Part shown: positions 20,820 to 30,505 of the stretch, piece by piece
How positions within the stretch are numbered: the stretch's first letter is position 1
Layout of the letters: every line of letters starts with the position of its first letter
Source of the DNA: an uncultured delta proteobacterium
GTDB taxonomy: Bacteria; Myxococcota; Myxococcia; Myxococcales; Myxococcaceae
Reading direction: 5' to 3'
Length of the DNA stretch: 64,000 nucleotides
Assembly: GCA_963796055.1 (NCBI GenBank)
Contig: CAWCKH010000003.1
Coordinates: 512,001-576,000, forward strand
Notes under the pieces: generated by a model
Database searches by the model: none
Told to the model about the DNA's origin: nothing
Seen by the model: the letters and a program-made list of their open reading frames with translations, nothing else
Program-made: the position numbers and the translations under genes

Positions 20820-21761
20820 TCAAAGCCATCGGGTGCCGGAGCGCTGGCGGCGCCGCTGGAACTCGCCCCAGATGGACTCCACCTTCTCGCGCGTGGTGCT
20901 CCCGACTCCGGTGCTCAGAGAGAGCGCGCGCTCCTCGACGAGGATCTCCCTTCCGGCCTCGAGGACGGTGAAGGTCGCTCCGGCCCAAGCGTAGAGGGCG
21001 AGATGGCCCTCCGGAAGCCGTTCCTCCTCGAGATGCCCGTGCTCCTCCGCTCGGCAGATGACCTCGAGGCGTCGGCTGGCAGGAAGGCGGAACGCAGCCC
21101 CGCCCGGTTCCAACCACAGTTCGACGGGCGGCTCCGCGCCATCGATGATGCGCCGTTGCTCGTAAAGGCGAAGAATCGGCGGACCGCTCGCGCACTGGCG
21201 TGTGGTCGCGGCCATGACGACGGGACACGGAGCCGTCTCGTCGCTTCGGCAGGCCGCCCAGTGACAGAGCCGGCACATCCGGAGCCCGGTCCACGGATCA
21301 TCCGCCATCACGGTGAGGGCTCGTTCGGTCATCCGGATGAGACGCGGCAACCACGCGCGGGGCAGCTGCGCGATGAGTGAGCGCGTCGCCTGGGACCGAG
21401 CGAGTGTGGCGCGCAGGGCGGCCCTTGCGCCCACCTCGGACGTCCTGAGTCTCATGGCGCGGCCATCTCTCGGGTCCGCCTCCCTGAGGACCAGTCCGCC
21501 CGCGACCAGCATCGAAACCAGACGGAAGGCGCTCGACTGACTCATTCCGAGCAGCTGGCTCAGCTCCTCGTTTCGGAGCCCGGGACCACGGTGGATCCAC
21601 TGCAGGGCCGCGACTCCCGAAACCGAGCAGTCGACGCTCCGTTGCATGGCCGTCTCGATCCGTTCCGCCAGCCCGACTGCGAGGGCACCGAGAAGGTTCG
21701 CGGCGCGCGCCTCGAGGTTCGTCGGTTCAACCTCCGGGTCGCGCAACGAGCGAGGGCTCAT
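20820..21761 (-). CDS. MarR-family regulator with Cys cluster and C-terminal extension
   Basis: GGAGG RBS; LSQLLGMSQSSAFRLVSML..DPRDGR winged helix; CRLCHWAAC..CPV. Confidence 0.85.
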   Translation of the reverse strand: MSPRSLRDPEVEPTNLEARAANLLGALAVGLAERIETAMQRSVDCSVSGVAALQWIHRGPGLRNEELSQLLGMSQSSAFRLVSMLVAGGLVLREADPRDGRAMRLRTSEVGARAALRATLARSQATRSLIAQLPRAWLPRLIRMTERALTVMADDPWTGLRMCRLCHWAACRSDETAPCPVVMAATTRQCASGPPILRLYEQRRIIDGAEPPVELWLEPGGAAFRLPASRRLEVICRAEEHGHLEEERLPEGHLALYAWAGATFTVLEAGREILVEERALSLSTGVGSTTREKVESIWGEFQRRRQRSGTRWL

Positions 21762-21800
21762 GGCGCCTCCGGGGGGAGGCCCGTCCAAAAACGAGATATT

Positions 21801-21849
21801 TGCTTCCTGCAAGCAAGCATTTTGCGGAACTACTTGCTTGCAGGAAGCA
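21801..21849. promoter_or_regulatory. Perfect 17-bp inverted repeat, probable operator
   Basis: TGCTTCCTGCAAGCAAG (21801-21817) / CTTGCTTGCAGGAAGCA (21833-21849); each arm contains TGCTT-N5-AAGCA. Confidence 0.7.
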
Positions 21850-22145
21850 TGCATTTCGTTTTGGCGACCCCCTCCCCCCGGGGCGGACCGCCGCGGTCCT
21901 CGGACGCGGTCCGGGGCGCCGGAGCTCGTCTCGTTCATCGGACCGGTCTGCAGCCTCCCGTCCCCGCCGACCCTTTCGACGCTCCAGAGCGCGCATGATC
22001 GCGCAGGCCGGTGGTCCCGAGCAGAGCCTCGGCGAGCGTCCCCCGGCAGCCCCCAGAGGCAAACCCGCCTGGTCCCACTCAGGCGCGGGAGGGTCAGTCC
22101 CGCAAATCCCTCCCCGTCAGACCCCACTGGTACCTCTTCCGGGAC

Positions 22146-22952
22146 ATGCAGACCCGGGTGGAGACGCGGACTTACACGCTCGCTGATGCCGCGGCGGTGC
22201 TGGGCACCACCGAGACGCGGGTGCTCCAGCTCGTCGAGGCGGGACTCCCGGAGCGGGCAGCCAGGCTGCGCCGGCCCGGCGCGCGCGCCCTCACCTTCCA
22301 GGACCTGGTCCTGCTCCGGAACGCCAAGCGCCTGGTGGATCAGGCCATCGCCCCGGCGCGGGTGGCAGACGCCCTGCGCCAGGCCCGAGCACGGCTCCCA
22401 GCGGACCGGCCGGTGAGCGCTCTCACCCTCGAGGCCGCGGGGCAGCAGATCGTCATCCGCGAGGGAAAGGCGCGCGTCGCCGCCGACTCCGGGCAGGTGC
22501 TGCTGGATCTCGACCTCGCCTCCTCCGCTGCCCCGGCGGCCGCCCCCGACGTGGAGGCGCTGTTCTCCGAGGCGCAGTCGCTCGAGGACCGCGCCCCGGC
22601 CCGCGCCCGCGTGCTCTACACCCAGCTGCTGGCGCGCGCTCCCGGCCATGCCGACGCACACGTGAACCTCGGGCGCCTGCTGCACGAGGAAGGCCGGCTC
22701 ACCGAGGCGCAGACCCACTACCGGGCCGCGCTCGCCGCCCGTCCGGAAGACGCGACAGCCGCGTACAACCTCGCCGTGTCGCTCGGAGACCAGGGCCGGA
22801 TGGCCGAGGCGGTCCAGTGGTACGAGACCGCCCTCCGGTCCGACCCGCGCCTCGCCGAGGCGCACTACAACCTGGCCTGTCTCCACGAGCGGCGCGGAGA
22901 GCCGATGCTCGCGCTCCGCCACCTCAAGGAGTACCGGCGGCTGGCCGGCTGA
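22146..22952 (+). CDS. MerR-like HTH + TPR protein
   Basis: YTLADAAAVLG..LTFQDLVLLR N-terminus; TPR units AHVNLG, AAYNLA, AHYNLA. Confidence 0.8.
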   Translation: MQTRVETRTYTLADAAAVLGTTETRVLQLVEAGLPERAARLRRPGARALTFQDLVLLRNAKRLVDQAIAPARVADALRQARARLPADRPVSALTLEAAGQQIVIREGKARVAADSGQVLLDLDLASSAAPAAAPDVEALFSEAQSLEDRAPARARVLYTQLLARAPGHADAHVNLGRLLHEEGRLTEAQTHYRAALAARPEDATAAYNLAVSLGDQGRMAEAVQWYETALRSDPRLAEAHYNLACLHERRGEPMLALRHLKEYRRLAG

Positions 22953-22977
22953 GCACCGCGCGGTCCGGCCCACCTCG

Positions 22978-23262
22978 ATGCGTGTCGTCCTCGTCGTCTT
23001 CCTCGCCACCTTCGTCCTCGCCGGCTGCAAGCGGGAGACACAGGAGGCCGTGGCTCAGGCCAAGGGAGCCGCCGCCGCTGCCGAGCGCGCCGCGAGGGAG
23101 GCCGCGGACCAGGTCGCCGCCACCGCGCGGTCGACGAAGGACCAGGCGAAGGCGACGGCGGACGATTCATTGACGGGCAGACCCAATGGACCCTCCGGGG
23201 CGCAGCCGCCGGGCGGGGAGGCTTCCCCATCGGGTCCACCGTCCGGATCACCTACATCGTGA
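22978..23262 (+). CDS. Small lipoprotein
   Basis: Lipobox LAGC followed by an Ala-rich helix. Confidence 0.6.
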   Translation: MRVVLVVFLATFVLAGCKRETQEAVAQAKGAAAAAERAAREAADQVAATARSTKDQAKATADDSLTGRPNGPSGAQPPGGEASPSGPPSGSPTS

Positions 23263-23305
23263 AGAACGGTCAGCGCATCGCGACGCAGGTCGAGACGGTC
23301 ACCCC

Positions 23306-24373
23306 TTGACCTTGCCCGTCCAGCCGCCGGTCTCGCCGATGCTCTCGCGGCTGGTCCGCGAGCTGCCACCCGCCGGCGAGGTCATCTACGAGCCGAAGTG
23401 GGACGGCTTCAGGGCCATCGTCTTCCGCGACGGGGATGCCATCGAGCTGGGGAGCCGGAACGAGAAGCCGCTCACCCGCTACTTTCCCGAGCTGGTCGAG
23501 CCGCTGCGCGTCTCGCTTCCCCCGCGCTGCGTGGTCGACGGCGAGGTGGTCATCGCCGGCCCGAAGGGGCTCGATTTCGACGCACTGCTGAACCGCATCC
23601 ACCCCGCGGCATCGCGCATCCGGAAGCTCGCCGAGGAGACACCCGCGTCCTTCGTCGCCTTCGATCTGCTGGCCATCGACGACGAGGACCTCCGCAGTCG
23701 CCCCTTCGAGGAGCGGAGGCGCCGGCTGGAGGAGGCCCTTGCCCGGGCCCGGACTCCGGTACACCTCACGCCGGCGACCCGTGACCGCGCCGTCGCCGAG
23801 GAGTGGTTCCGCCGCTTCGAGGGTGCGGGGCTCGACGGGGTGATGGTGAAGCCGGTCGCCCTGCCCTATCTCGAGGACAAGCGCGAGATGCTGAAGGTGA
23901 AGCACGAGCGCACCGCCGACTGCGTGGTCGCCGGCTTCCGCTGGTTCAAGGGCGGTGGGGGGGTGGGCTCGCTGCTCCTGGGGCTCCACGACGAGCACGG
24001 CACGCTGCACCACGTCGGCATCTGCTCGGGCTTCTCGGCAGCGCTCCGCAAGCAGCTCGAGATCGAGCTGGACCCGCTCCGCTCTGGCAGCCTCGAGTCC
24101 CACCCCTGGAAGGAGTGGGCCACCCTCGCCGGCGAGAGCGGGCAGCGGATGCCCGGCGCCCCGAGCCGCTGGAACAACAAGAAGGACCTCTCGTGGGAGC
24201 CGGTCCGGGTCGAGCGGGTGGTCGAGGTCAGCTACGACCACCTGCAGGGTCCCCGCTTCCGGCACGCGACCCGCTTCCTCCGCTGGCGGCCCGACCGGAC
24301 GCCGCATTCATGCACCTACGCCCAGCTCGAGGCGGTGGTGCCGGCCGAGCTGCGGGCGCTGTTCGGGAGCTGA
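23306..24373 (+). CDS. ligC: ATP-dependent DNA ligase, LigC type
   Basis: LPVQPPVSPML, YEPKWDGFR, FEGAGLDGV, KVKHERTADCVV, RFLRWRPDR; start codon uncertain (TTG). Confidence 0.9.
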   Translation: MTLPVQPPVSPMLSRLVRELPPAGEVIYEPKWDGFRAIVFRDGDAIELGSRNEKPLTRYFPELVEPLRVSLPPRCVVDGEVVIAGPKGLDFDALLNRIHPAASRIRKLAEETPASFVAFDLLAIDDEDLRSRPFEERRRRLEEALARARTPVHLTPATRDRAVAEEWFRRFEGAGLDGVMVKPVALPYLEDKREMLKVKHERTADCVVAGFRWFKGGGGVGSLLLGLHDEHGTLHHVGICSGFSAALRKQLEIELDPLRSGSLESHPWKEWATLAGESGQRMPGAPSRWNNKKDLSWEPVRVERVVEVSYDHLQGPRFRHATRFLRWRPDRTPHSCTYAQLEAVVPAELRALFGS

Positions 24374-24388
24374 GGCCGACGCGCGCGG

Positions 24389-25405
24389 TCACTCCTCGGG
24401 AGCCTTCCGCGCCTTGCTCGGCTGGACCCGCTTGGGCTCTCCGCGCTGTTTCGGGAAGTGCGGCGGCCATGGCGCATCCCCCAGCCCCTGCGCTTCGTCG
24501 CGTGCCGCGAGCTCCAGCAGCGGCTCCAGCGAGAACGCCCGGTCGTCGATCCCCGCGCCCACGTCCCCGAGCCGGGCGAAGCGCTCCGGCACCGTGGCAA
24601 TGGTCAGGTCCGACGGGTTCACCGTCTCCATCTCGGCCCAGGTGACCGGGCAGCTCACCTTCCCCTCGGGGTTCGCCCGCACCGAGTACACCGAGGCGAT
24701 GGTGCGATCCCGCGCGTTCTGGTTGTAATCGAGGAACACCCGGGTGCCCCGCTCCTCCTTCCACCACTTGCTGGTCGCGATGTCGGGGAGTCGTCGCTCC
24801 ACCTCCCGCGCCAGCGCCAGCGCCGCCCGCCGCACCTCGAGGAAATCCCATCGGGGCTCGATGCGCACGTAGACGTGCACCCCGCGCGAGCCCGAGGTCT
24901 TCGGCCAGGCGACGAGGCCCAGCCCGTCGAGGACCGACTTCACCTCGGCCGCGACCTGGCGTACGGTGGAGAACTCCACCCCCGGCTGCGGATCCAGATC
25001 CACCCGCAGCTCGTCCGGATGGTCCACGTCGCTCCGGCGCACCGCCCACGGGTTCAGGTCCAGGCACCCGAGGTTCGCCGCCCAGACGACGTGCGCCACG
25101 TCCACCGGACACAGCTCCTTCGCGCTCCGGCCGCTGGGGAAGGTCACGGTCACCGTCTCCAGCCACTCCGGGAGCGGAGCGGGCACGCGCTTCTGGTAGA
25201 AGAACTCGCCGCCCGCACCATCCGGGTAGCGCTTGAGCACGGTGGGACGCTCACGCACCCCGCGGAGGGCGCCCGGTCCCACGGCCACGTAGTAGCGGAC
25301 CAGGTCCAGCTTCGTCTCCCCCCGCGCAGAGAAGAACACCTTGTCCGGGTTCGAGATCCGGACCACCCGCCCGTCGACCTCGACCTCGGTGTAGAGAGTG
25401 GGCAC
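24389..25405 (-). CDS. Stand-alone LigD-type primase-polymerase (Prim-PolC-like)
   Basis: SNPDKVFF, KRYPDG, ELRVDLDP, KTSGSRGVH, FLDYNQNARDRT; start uncertain. Confidence 0.9.
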   Translation of the reverse strand: MPTLYTEVEVDGRVVRISNPDKVFFSARGETKLDLVRYYVAVGPGALRGVRERPTVLKRYPDGAGGEFFYQKRVPAPLPEWLETVTVTFPSGRSAKELCPVDVAHVVWAANLGCLDLNPWAVRRSDVDHPDELRVDLDPQPGVEFSTVRQVAAEVKSVLDGLGLVAWPKTSGSRGVHVYVRIEPRWDFLEVRRAALALAREVERRLPDIATSKWWKEERGTRVFLDYNQNARDRTIASVYSVRANPEGKVSCPVTWAEMETVNPSDLTIATVPERFARLGDVGAGIDDRAFSLEPLLELAARDEAQGLGDAPWPPHFPKQRGEPKRVQPSKARKAPEE

Positions 25406-25442
25406 GGTTTCCCTCGCCAGGTGTGATAGCGCTGTCCCTTCG

Positions 25443-27866
25443 ATGAGACTGGGGAAGTACCAGCTGCTCCGCAAGCTCGCCACCGGCGGCATGGCCGAGG
25501 TGTTCCTCGCCAAGACCGACGGGCCGATGGGCTTCGAGAAGCTGCTGGTCATCAAGCGCATCCTCCCCCACCTGGCGGAGGACCCGCAGTTCGTGAAGAT
25601 GTTCCTCGGCGAGGCCAAGCTGGCCGCGCAGCTGAACCACCCCAATCTGGTCCAGCTCTTCGACTTCGGTGAGGCCGAGGGCAGCTACTTCATCGCCATG
25701 GAGTACATCGACGGGCCCACCCTCCGTCTGCTCCTGGCCCGGGCACGCGATCTGCGCGCCCCCGTCTCGCTCGCCCTCGCCGCGCGGATCGTCTCCTCCG
25801 CCGCCGAGGGGCTGGCCTACGCGCACGACTTCAGAGATCAGGTGACCGACGAGCCGTTGCACCTCGTGCACCGCGACGTCAGCCCGGACAACATCCTCAT
25901 CGGCCGCAGCGGCGCGGTGAAGCTGGTGGACTTTGGCATCGCCAAGGCGCGGGGCCAGAGCCATCACACCCAGGCCGGCACGGTGAGGGGCAAGGTGGCC
26001 TACATGGCACCGGAGCAGCTGCGGGGCGAGCCGCTCGACCAGCGGGTGGACCTGTACGCGCTCGGGGTGGTGCTCTACGAGCTGTGCACCGGGCGGATGC
26101 CGTTCGAGGCCACCAGCGAGGCGAGCATGGTGCGCGCGGTCCTGTACGACGCGGCCATCCCCGCCATCCGGCGCGTGGCCACGCTGCCGCCGAGGATCCA
26201 GGCCATCCTGGACCGGCTGCTGGCCAAGGACCGCACCGCGCGCTACCCGGATTGCCGCACGCTCCACGCCGACCTCGAGGCCTTCATCCAGTCCAGGGGT
26301 GAGGCCACCACCGGATTCGCCCTCTCGCGGCTGGTGGCGCAGCTCGCCCCGCCAGCGCCGCCGACGCAAGCCGTCCCACCCACTCCCGCGCAGGCGATGG
26401 AGATTCCCCCGGGGGTCACCGCCTCGGCTTTCGCGCCCACCAGCTCCAGCCCCATCCTCCTGAGCGAGCCGGTGGAGAGCGCCGTCCCTGTCTCCGTGCC
26501 GCCGCCGCTGGAGATCCTCGAGCTCGACCGCACTGTCCGCTCGGACGGGCACCGGAAGCCCTCGCCTCCGGTGGCCGCGCTCGACGTCCGCCAGGCCGCA
26601 TCGGCGACGCACGCGCCGCGTCCCTCCGCCTTCGTGTTCCCCACCGCGCTGGAGCAGGAGCGTGCCTCGGTCGCCCCGGTCCGGCTCGGGCTCGATCGAT
26701 CCGACGCACGCCGGCGCACCACCGGAAACGTCCGCCGCGCACGCGGGAGCGGCGGCGGCTTCCGGCTCCTGGGCCTGATCGTGCTCTTCGCGGGGCTGGC
26801 GGCGGTCGGCGCGTACCTGGGACTGGCGGTCGCGCACCGGACCGACCTGCTTGCCCGCGTGGGGCTGCCGGTGCCCGGCGTGCTCTCGCCCACCCCGGAG
26901 AACACCGCGCCGTCCGCGGCGCCCGTGGTGACCGGGCCGACGGGCACGCCTCCGGCCGCGGCAGTCACTCCACCGCCCGCTCCAGGCACGGCGTCTCCGG
27001 CTTCCGGGAGCACGCCTCGTTCGGGCACCGCGGGCGTCCCGGGCACCCCGGCGGCTCCGCCGCGTTCCGGCTCCGTCGCCCCCAGCCCGCGGCCTGGGAG
27101 CGCACAGTCGGTGGCGCCCGGCAACGCGCCCGGGACCGCGGCGCCCGGGGCAACGACCGTGGGCCGCGCCTCGCCCGAACCGAGCGCGACGACGAGCGGC
27201 CCCGCTGGAGCGCCGGCGACCGTTCCGGGCTCCGGAGGCCGAGGCGCCGGCGTCGCAGCCGTCGCCGACGAGGAGGAATCCAGCGCCACGCTGAAGGCCG
27301 GAATACCTCCGCCAACCACCACGTCCAGCCCGTCATCGGGCCGGGCCCCCGCCTCGGCCACCGCCGCGCTCGACACCGCCCGGAAGACCGCCCGCGAGTC
27401 GGGCAAGGAGAAGCTCCTCGGCGCCTTCGCCGATCTCGAGGTGGCGAAGGAGTCGACGGTGCGCCTGGAGAGCACGCCGAAGCTGCGGGTCCGGATGGGC
27501 GGGAAGATCGTCGGCACCACTCCGGTGAACCTCACGCTCCCGGTCTCGGACGGGCCGGTGGAGCTCGAGTTCTTCGACACCGGGCTCGGACTGTCGAGGA
27601 CCGAGCAGCTGACGCTGAAGCCGGGCGACAACGGCACCCACCGGGTGGTGATCCCGAAGGGAAAGCTGGTGCTGAAACTACAAGAAGATGTGGCGGTGAC
27701 GGTCGATGGGAAGGCCATGGGGATCACCCCGCTCCCCCCGCTGTCGCTCTACGAGGGCTCGCACCTGGTGCAGATCACCCGGGGCGATCAGAAGGAGCGT
27801 CGCACCCTGGAGATCCAGGGCGACGAGCCCACCGAATTCGAGTTCACCTTCCCGGAGGCCGAATGA
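25443..27866 (+). CDS. Membrane Ser/Thr protein kinase with C-terminal PEGA-like domains
   Basis: GGMAEV, VIKRI, HRDVSPDN, DFG, YMAPE; TM helix; GTTP and GITP PEGA-like units. Confidence 0.92.
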   Translation: MRLGKYQLLRKLATGGMAEVFLAKTDGPMGFEKLLVIKRILPHLAEDPQFVKMFLGEAKLAAQLNHPNLVQLFDFGEAEGSYFIAMEYIDGPTLRLLLARARDLRAPVSLALAARIVSSAAEGLAYAHDFRDQVTDEPLHLVHRDVSPDNILIGRSGAVKLVDFGIAKARGQSHHTQAGTVRGKVAYMAPEQLRGEPLDQRVDLYALGVVLYELCTGRMPFEATSEASMVRAVLYDAAIPAIRRVATLPPRIQAILDRLLAKDRTARYPDCRTLHADLEAFIQSRGEATTGFALSRLVAQLAPPAPPTQAVPPTPAQAMEIPPGVTASAFAPTSSSPILLSEPVESAVPVSVPPPLEILELDRTVRSDGHRKPSPPVAALDVRQAASATHAPRPSAFVFPTALEQERASVAPVRLGLDRSDARRRTTGNVRRARGSGGGFRLLGLIVLFAGLAAVGAYLGLAVAHRTDLLARVGLPVPGVLSPTPENTAPSAAPVVTGPTGTPPAAAVTPPPAPGTASPASGSTPRSGTAGVPGTPAAPPRSGSVAPSPRPGSAQSVAPGNAPGTAAPGATTVGRASPEPSATTSGPAGAPATVPGSGGRGAGVAAVADEEESSATLKAGIPPPTTTSSPSSGRAPASATAALDTARKTARESGKEKLLGAFADLEVAKESTVRLESTPKLRVRMGGKIVGTTPVNLTLPVSDGPVELEFFDTGLGLSRTEQLTLKPGDNGTHRVVIPKGKLVLKLQEDVAVTVDGKAMGITPLPPLSLYEGSHLVQITRGDQKERRTLEIQGDEPTEFEFTFPEAE

Positions 27867-28339
27867 GCGGCGCCCACGACGCGGAGCACTGGCGCCTGCA
27901 CGGGGTGCGGGTGGTGAGGGGCTCGGAGCTGGATCCGAACACCGCCCAGACCCCCGGGATGCGCCGGGCGGCAGCCATCAACCATGCACGCGCGGGGGCG
28001 GAGAAGCTCTGGGCCGGCGCCGTCACCATCGATCCGAGCGCCAAGACCGGCGCGCACCACCACGGCGCGCTCGAGTCCATCATCTACGTGGTGAAGGGCC
28101 GCGCGCGCATGCGCTGGGGCGAACGGCTGGAGTTCACCGCCGAGGCCGGACCGGGTGACTTCATCTTCGTCCCGCCCTACGTGCCGCACCAGGAGATCAA
28201 CGCTGCGGACGAGCCGCTGGAGTGCGTGCTGGTCCGCAGCGGCAAGGAACCGGTGGTCGTCAACCTGGACATCACGCCCGTCGAGCCGCCGGAGTCGGTG
28301 CACTGGGTGGATGACGTGCACCCCCGCCCCTCACACTGA
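27863..28339 (+). CDS. Cupin-domain protein
   Basis: HHHGALES, PGDFIFVPPYVPHQE. Confidence 0.9.
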   Translation: MSGAHDAEHWRLHGVRVVRGSELDPNTAQTPGMRRAAAINHARAGAEKLWAGAVTIDPSAKTGAHHHGALESIIYVVKGRARMRWGERLEFTAEAGPGDFIFVPPYVPHQEINAADEPLECVLVRSGKEPVVVNLDITPVEPPESVHWVDDVHPRPSH

Positions 28340-28440
28340 GAGCTGACGAGGACCCAGGGAGGGTTGCTGCCGACACCGCGCCCGGACTGGACGCGGAGAG
28401 TGCACCTCTGCTTCATTCTTGCACCGACAGCGTCCCCGTC

Positions 28441-29802
28441 ATGGCCACGACCCCCACCGCTCGCGACGTCTGCCGCCATTGTGGGAACGAGTGGCGTCCG
28501 GGCTGGGAGCGCTGCCGCCGATGCGGGGCGGCGCTGAGGAATCGCATCGCCGCACCGGTCGCCGCCACCGAGGCGGCCGAGGAATCCGGGCTCCAGCTCG
28601 ATCGCCGCCCCCGGGTCGCGCCGCGCGAGACGCCCACCGCCCGGGTCTCCCGGGTCGAGCCGTCGGAGGCCCCGACCCGCGAGCTCGCTCCCGAGGCGCG
28701 CCCTCCGCCGGACCCGTCGACACTGGTCTCGGTCACCCAGCTGCTGAGCGGTGCGCTCGGCGTGCTGCTGCTCGCGCAGCTGTTCTTCCCCGCCGTGATT
28801 CCTTCGCTCACCGCGCTCGCGGTCCACGCGCTCCGGGGCGAGCGGGTGGGCGCTCAGCGGTGGCTCCTCGCCTCGCTTCCCTGGGCCTGCACCGCGGTGG
28901 TGCTCGGGCTCGCGCTCGGCGCGGCGCGGGCGGTCGCGGGCCGGCCGCTGGTGCGCTCCCCCGTGCTGTCCGCGGTGGCCGCAGTCGTCCCGGGAGGGAT
29001 GCTGCTCGGCTGGCCCGCGCTCCACGGGCATCTCGTCTCGGCGCTGGTCCGCCGCGGCGGCCGCAAGCGCGCGGCCCAGCTCATCGGCTGGAGCCGGGCG
29101 GCGCTCGGCTGCCTCTCGGCAGAGGTGCTCCTCACCTTGCTGGACGGGTTCGGGCTGGTGCGCCTGTCACCGATCGCGCTCGCCGGGGTGACCGCCGTGG
29201 CCCTGGCGTCGCGGCAGGGTCACCTCTGCGCCCTGGGCATCACCCTGCCCGGCCTCCTGCTCCGTCCGGCCGAGACCGGCGCTCCTCTGCCGAGCCACCT
29301 GGTGTGTCCGCAGTGCGGCGGGGACGCACCCACCCTCCAGCGCTTCCGGGATGGACTGGCCGGGAGCGCCTGCGCCCGCTGCGCCGGTGCGCTGCTCGGC
29401 CCGGGCCAGGTGTCCACCCTTCTCTCGATGGCCCAGGTGGAGGACGCCACCTACCGCCGGGAGATCCGCCTGGGCTCCACCGGCACCCGGCCGCTGCACT
29501 GTCCGCAGTGCGGCTCGGCGATGCGTGGCATCCAGCTGCGCGCGGTGACCGCCCATGGGTGTTCCGCCTGCGGGAGCCTGTGGCTCGACCGCCTCGGTGT
29601 GGCGCGGCTGACCGGCGGACGCGCCGTCCTCACCGCCGCACCGCTCCGACCTCCGCCGTCGCCCGGACGCGTCTGGCCGGCGCTCGCCGCCGGGATGGCT
29701 CTGCTCCTGGCGGGGTTGCCCTGGGTGGCGGTCCGTGTCGGATGGTGCCGCCCCGAAGTTGGCGCGTGCGCCTCGGTCTCGCTCTCATCGACAATGGAGT
29801 GA
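28441..29802 (+). CDS. Membrane protein with several zinc ribbons (zf-TFIIB-like)
   Basis: CxxC pairs at the N-terminus; CPQC..CARC and CPQC..CSACGSLWLD; TM helices between. Confidence 0.7.
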   Translation: MATTPTARDVCRHCGNEWRPGWERCRRCGAALRNRIAAPVAATEAAEESGLQLDRRPRVAPRETPTARVSRVEPSEAPTRELAPEARPPPDPSTLVSVTQLLSGALGVLLLAQLFFPAVIPSLTALAVHALRGERVGAQRWLLASLPWACTAVVLGLALGAARAVAGRPLVRSPVLSAVAAVVPGGMLLGWPALHGHLVSALVRRGGRKRAAQLIGWSRAALGCLSAEVLLTLLDGFGLVRLSPIALAGVTAVALASRQGHLCALGITLPGLLLRPAETGAPLPSHLVCPQCGGDAPTLQRFRDGLAGSACARCAGALLGPGQVSTLLSMAQVEDATYRREIRLGSTGTRPLHCPQCGSAMRGIQLRAVTAHGCSACGSLWLDRLGVARLTGGRAVLTAAPLRPPPSPGRVWPALAAGMALLLAGLPWVAVRVGWCRPEVGACASVSLSSTME

Positions 29803-29842
29803 TGCCCCGTCCCCCGCCGGTCTGCCCCGCCTAGGGCCCGGC

Positions 29843-30505
29843 ATGCTCCTCGCCGTCCTCCCCAGCCTGGTGCTCCTGGCCGCCCCCAGCGCGGCACGGC
29901 CGGACAGCGTGCAGGACGCGCTCCGGCAGGCGTACGTCAGAGGAGATCTCCAGCGGGCGTACCCTGCTGCACGCGCCGGCTCCCTCGAGTCCGCCGAGGC
30001 GGCGCTGGATCCCGCCGTGGCGCTGCTCCGCTGGCTCGGGCTCGGAGGCATCGCTGCGCAGCTCCTCCGGCTCCTCGGGCTGGGCGGCGCGGTCCTGGCG
30101 GTGCTGCTCGGGGCGGTGTGGCTCGCCCGGAGGATGGCGGAGCGCGGGGAGCGCGGCTCGACCCTCGGGAGCGCGACCACCCCAGCGCTCGACGCCGGCC
30201 CGCTGCTCGACGCCGAGGCGCTCGCCGCGCAGGGCCGCTTCGGGGAGGCGATACACCTGCTTCTCCTCCGGACGTTCGAGGTGCTGGCGCGGCGGATGGG
30301 GTCACGGCTCGCCCCGGGGATGACGGCCCGCGAGGCGCTGGTCCGGCTGGCGCTGCCCGCCCCCGCGCAGCCCGCGCTGGCCGACCTGGTCGAGGCAGTG
30401 GAGACGACCACCTTCGCCGGGCGGTCCGCGTCCGAGGGCGACTACCGCCGCTGCGCCGAGCGCTTCACGGTCCTCAAGTCCGCCCTCGCCGGGGCCCGGG
30501 CATGA
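29843..30505 (+). CDS. DUF4129-like membrane protein
   Basis: AAQGRFGEAIHLL, TARE, FAGR..DY; operon position. Confidence 0.7.
   Translation: MLLAVLPSLVLLAAPSAARPDSVQDALRQAYVRGDLQRAYPAARAGSLESAEAALDPAVALLRWLGLGGIAAQLLRLLGLGGAVLAVLLGAVWLARRMAERGERGSTLGSATTPALDAGPLLDAEALAAQGRFGEAIHLLLLRTFEVLARRMGSRLAPGMTAREALVRLALPAPAQPALADLVEAVETTTFAGRSASEGDYRRCAERFTVLKSALAGARA

Noticed and set aside
20820..23030. 736-aa minus ORF as one protein
   Set aside because: The 5' part is antisense to the TPR gene; the RBS-supported start is at 21761
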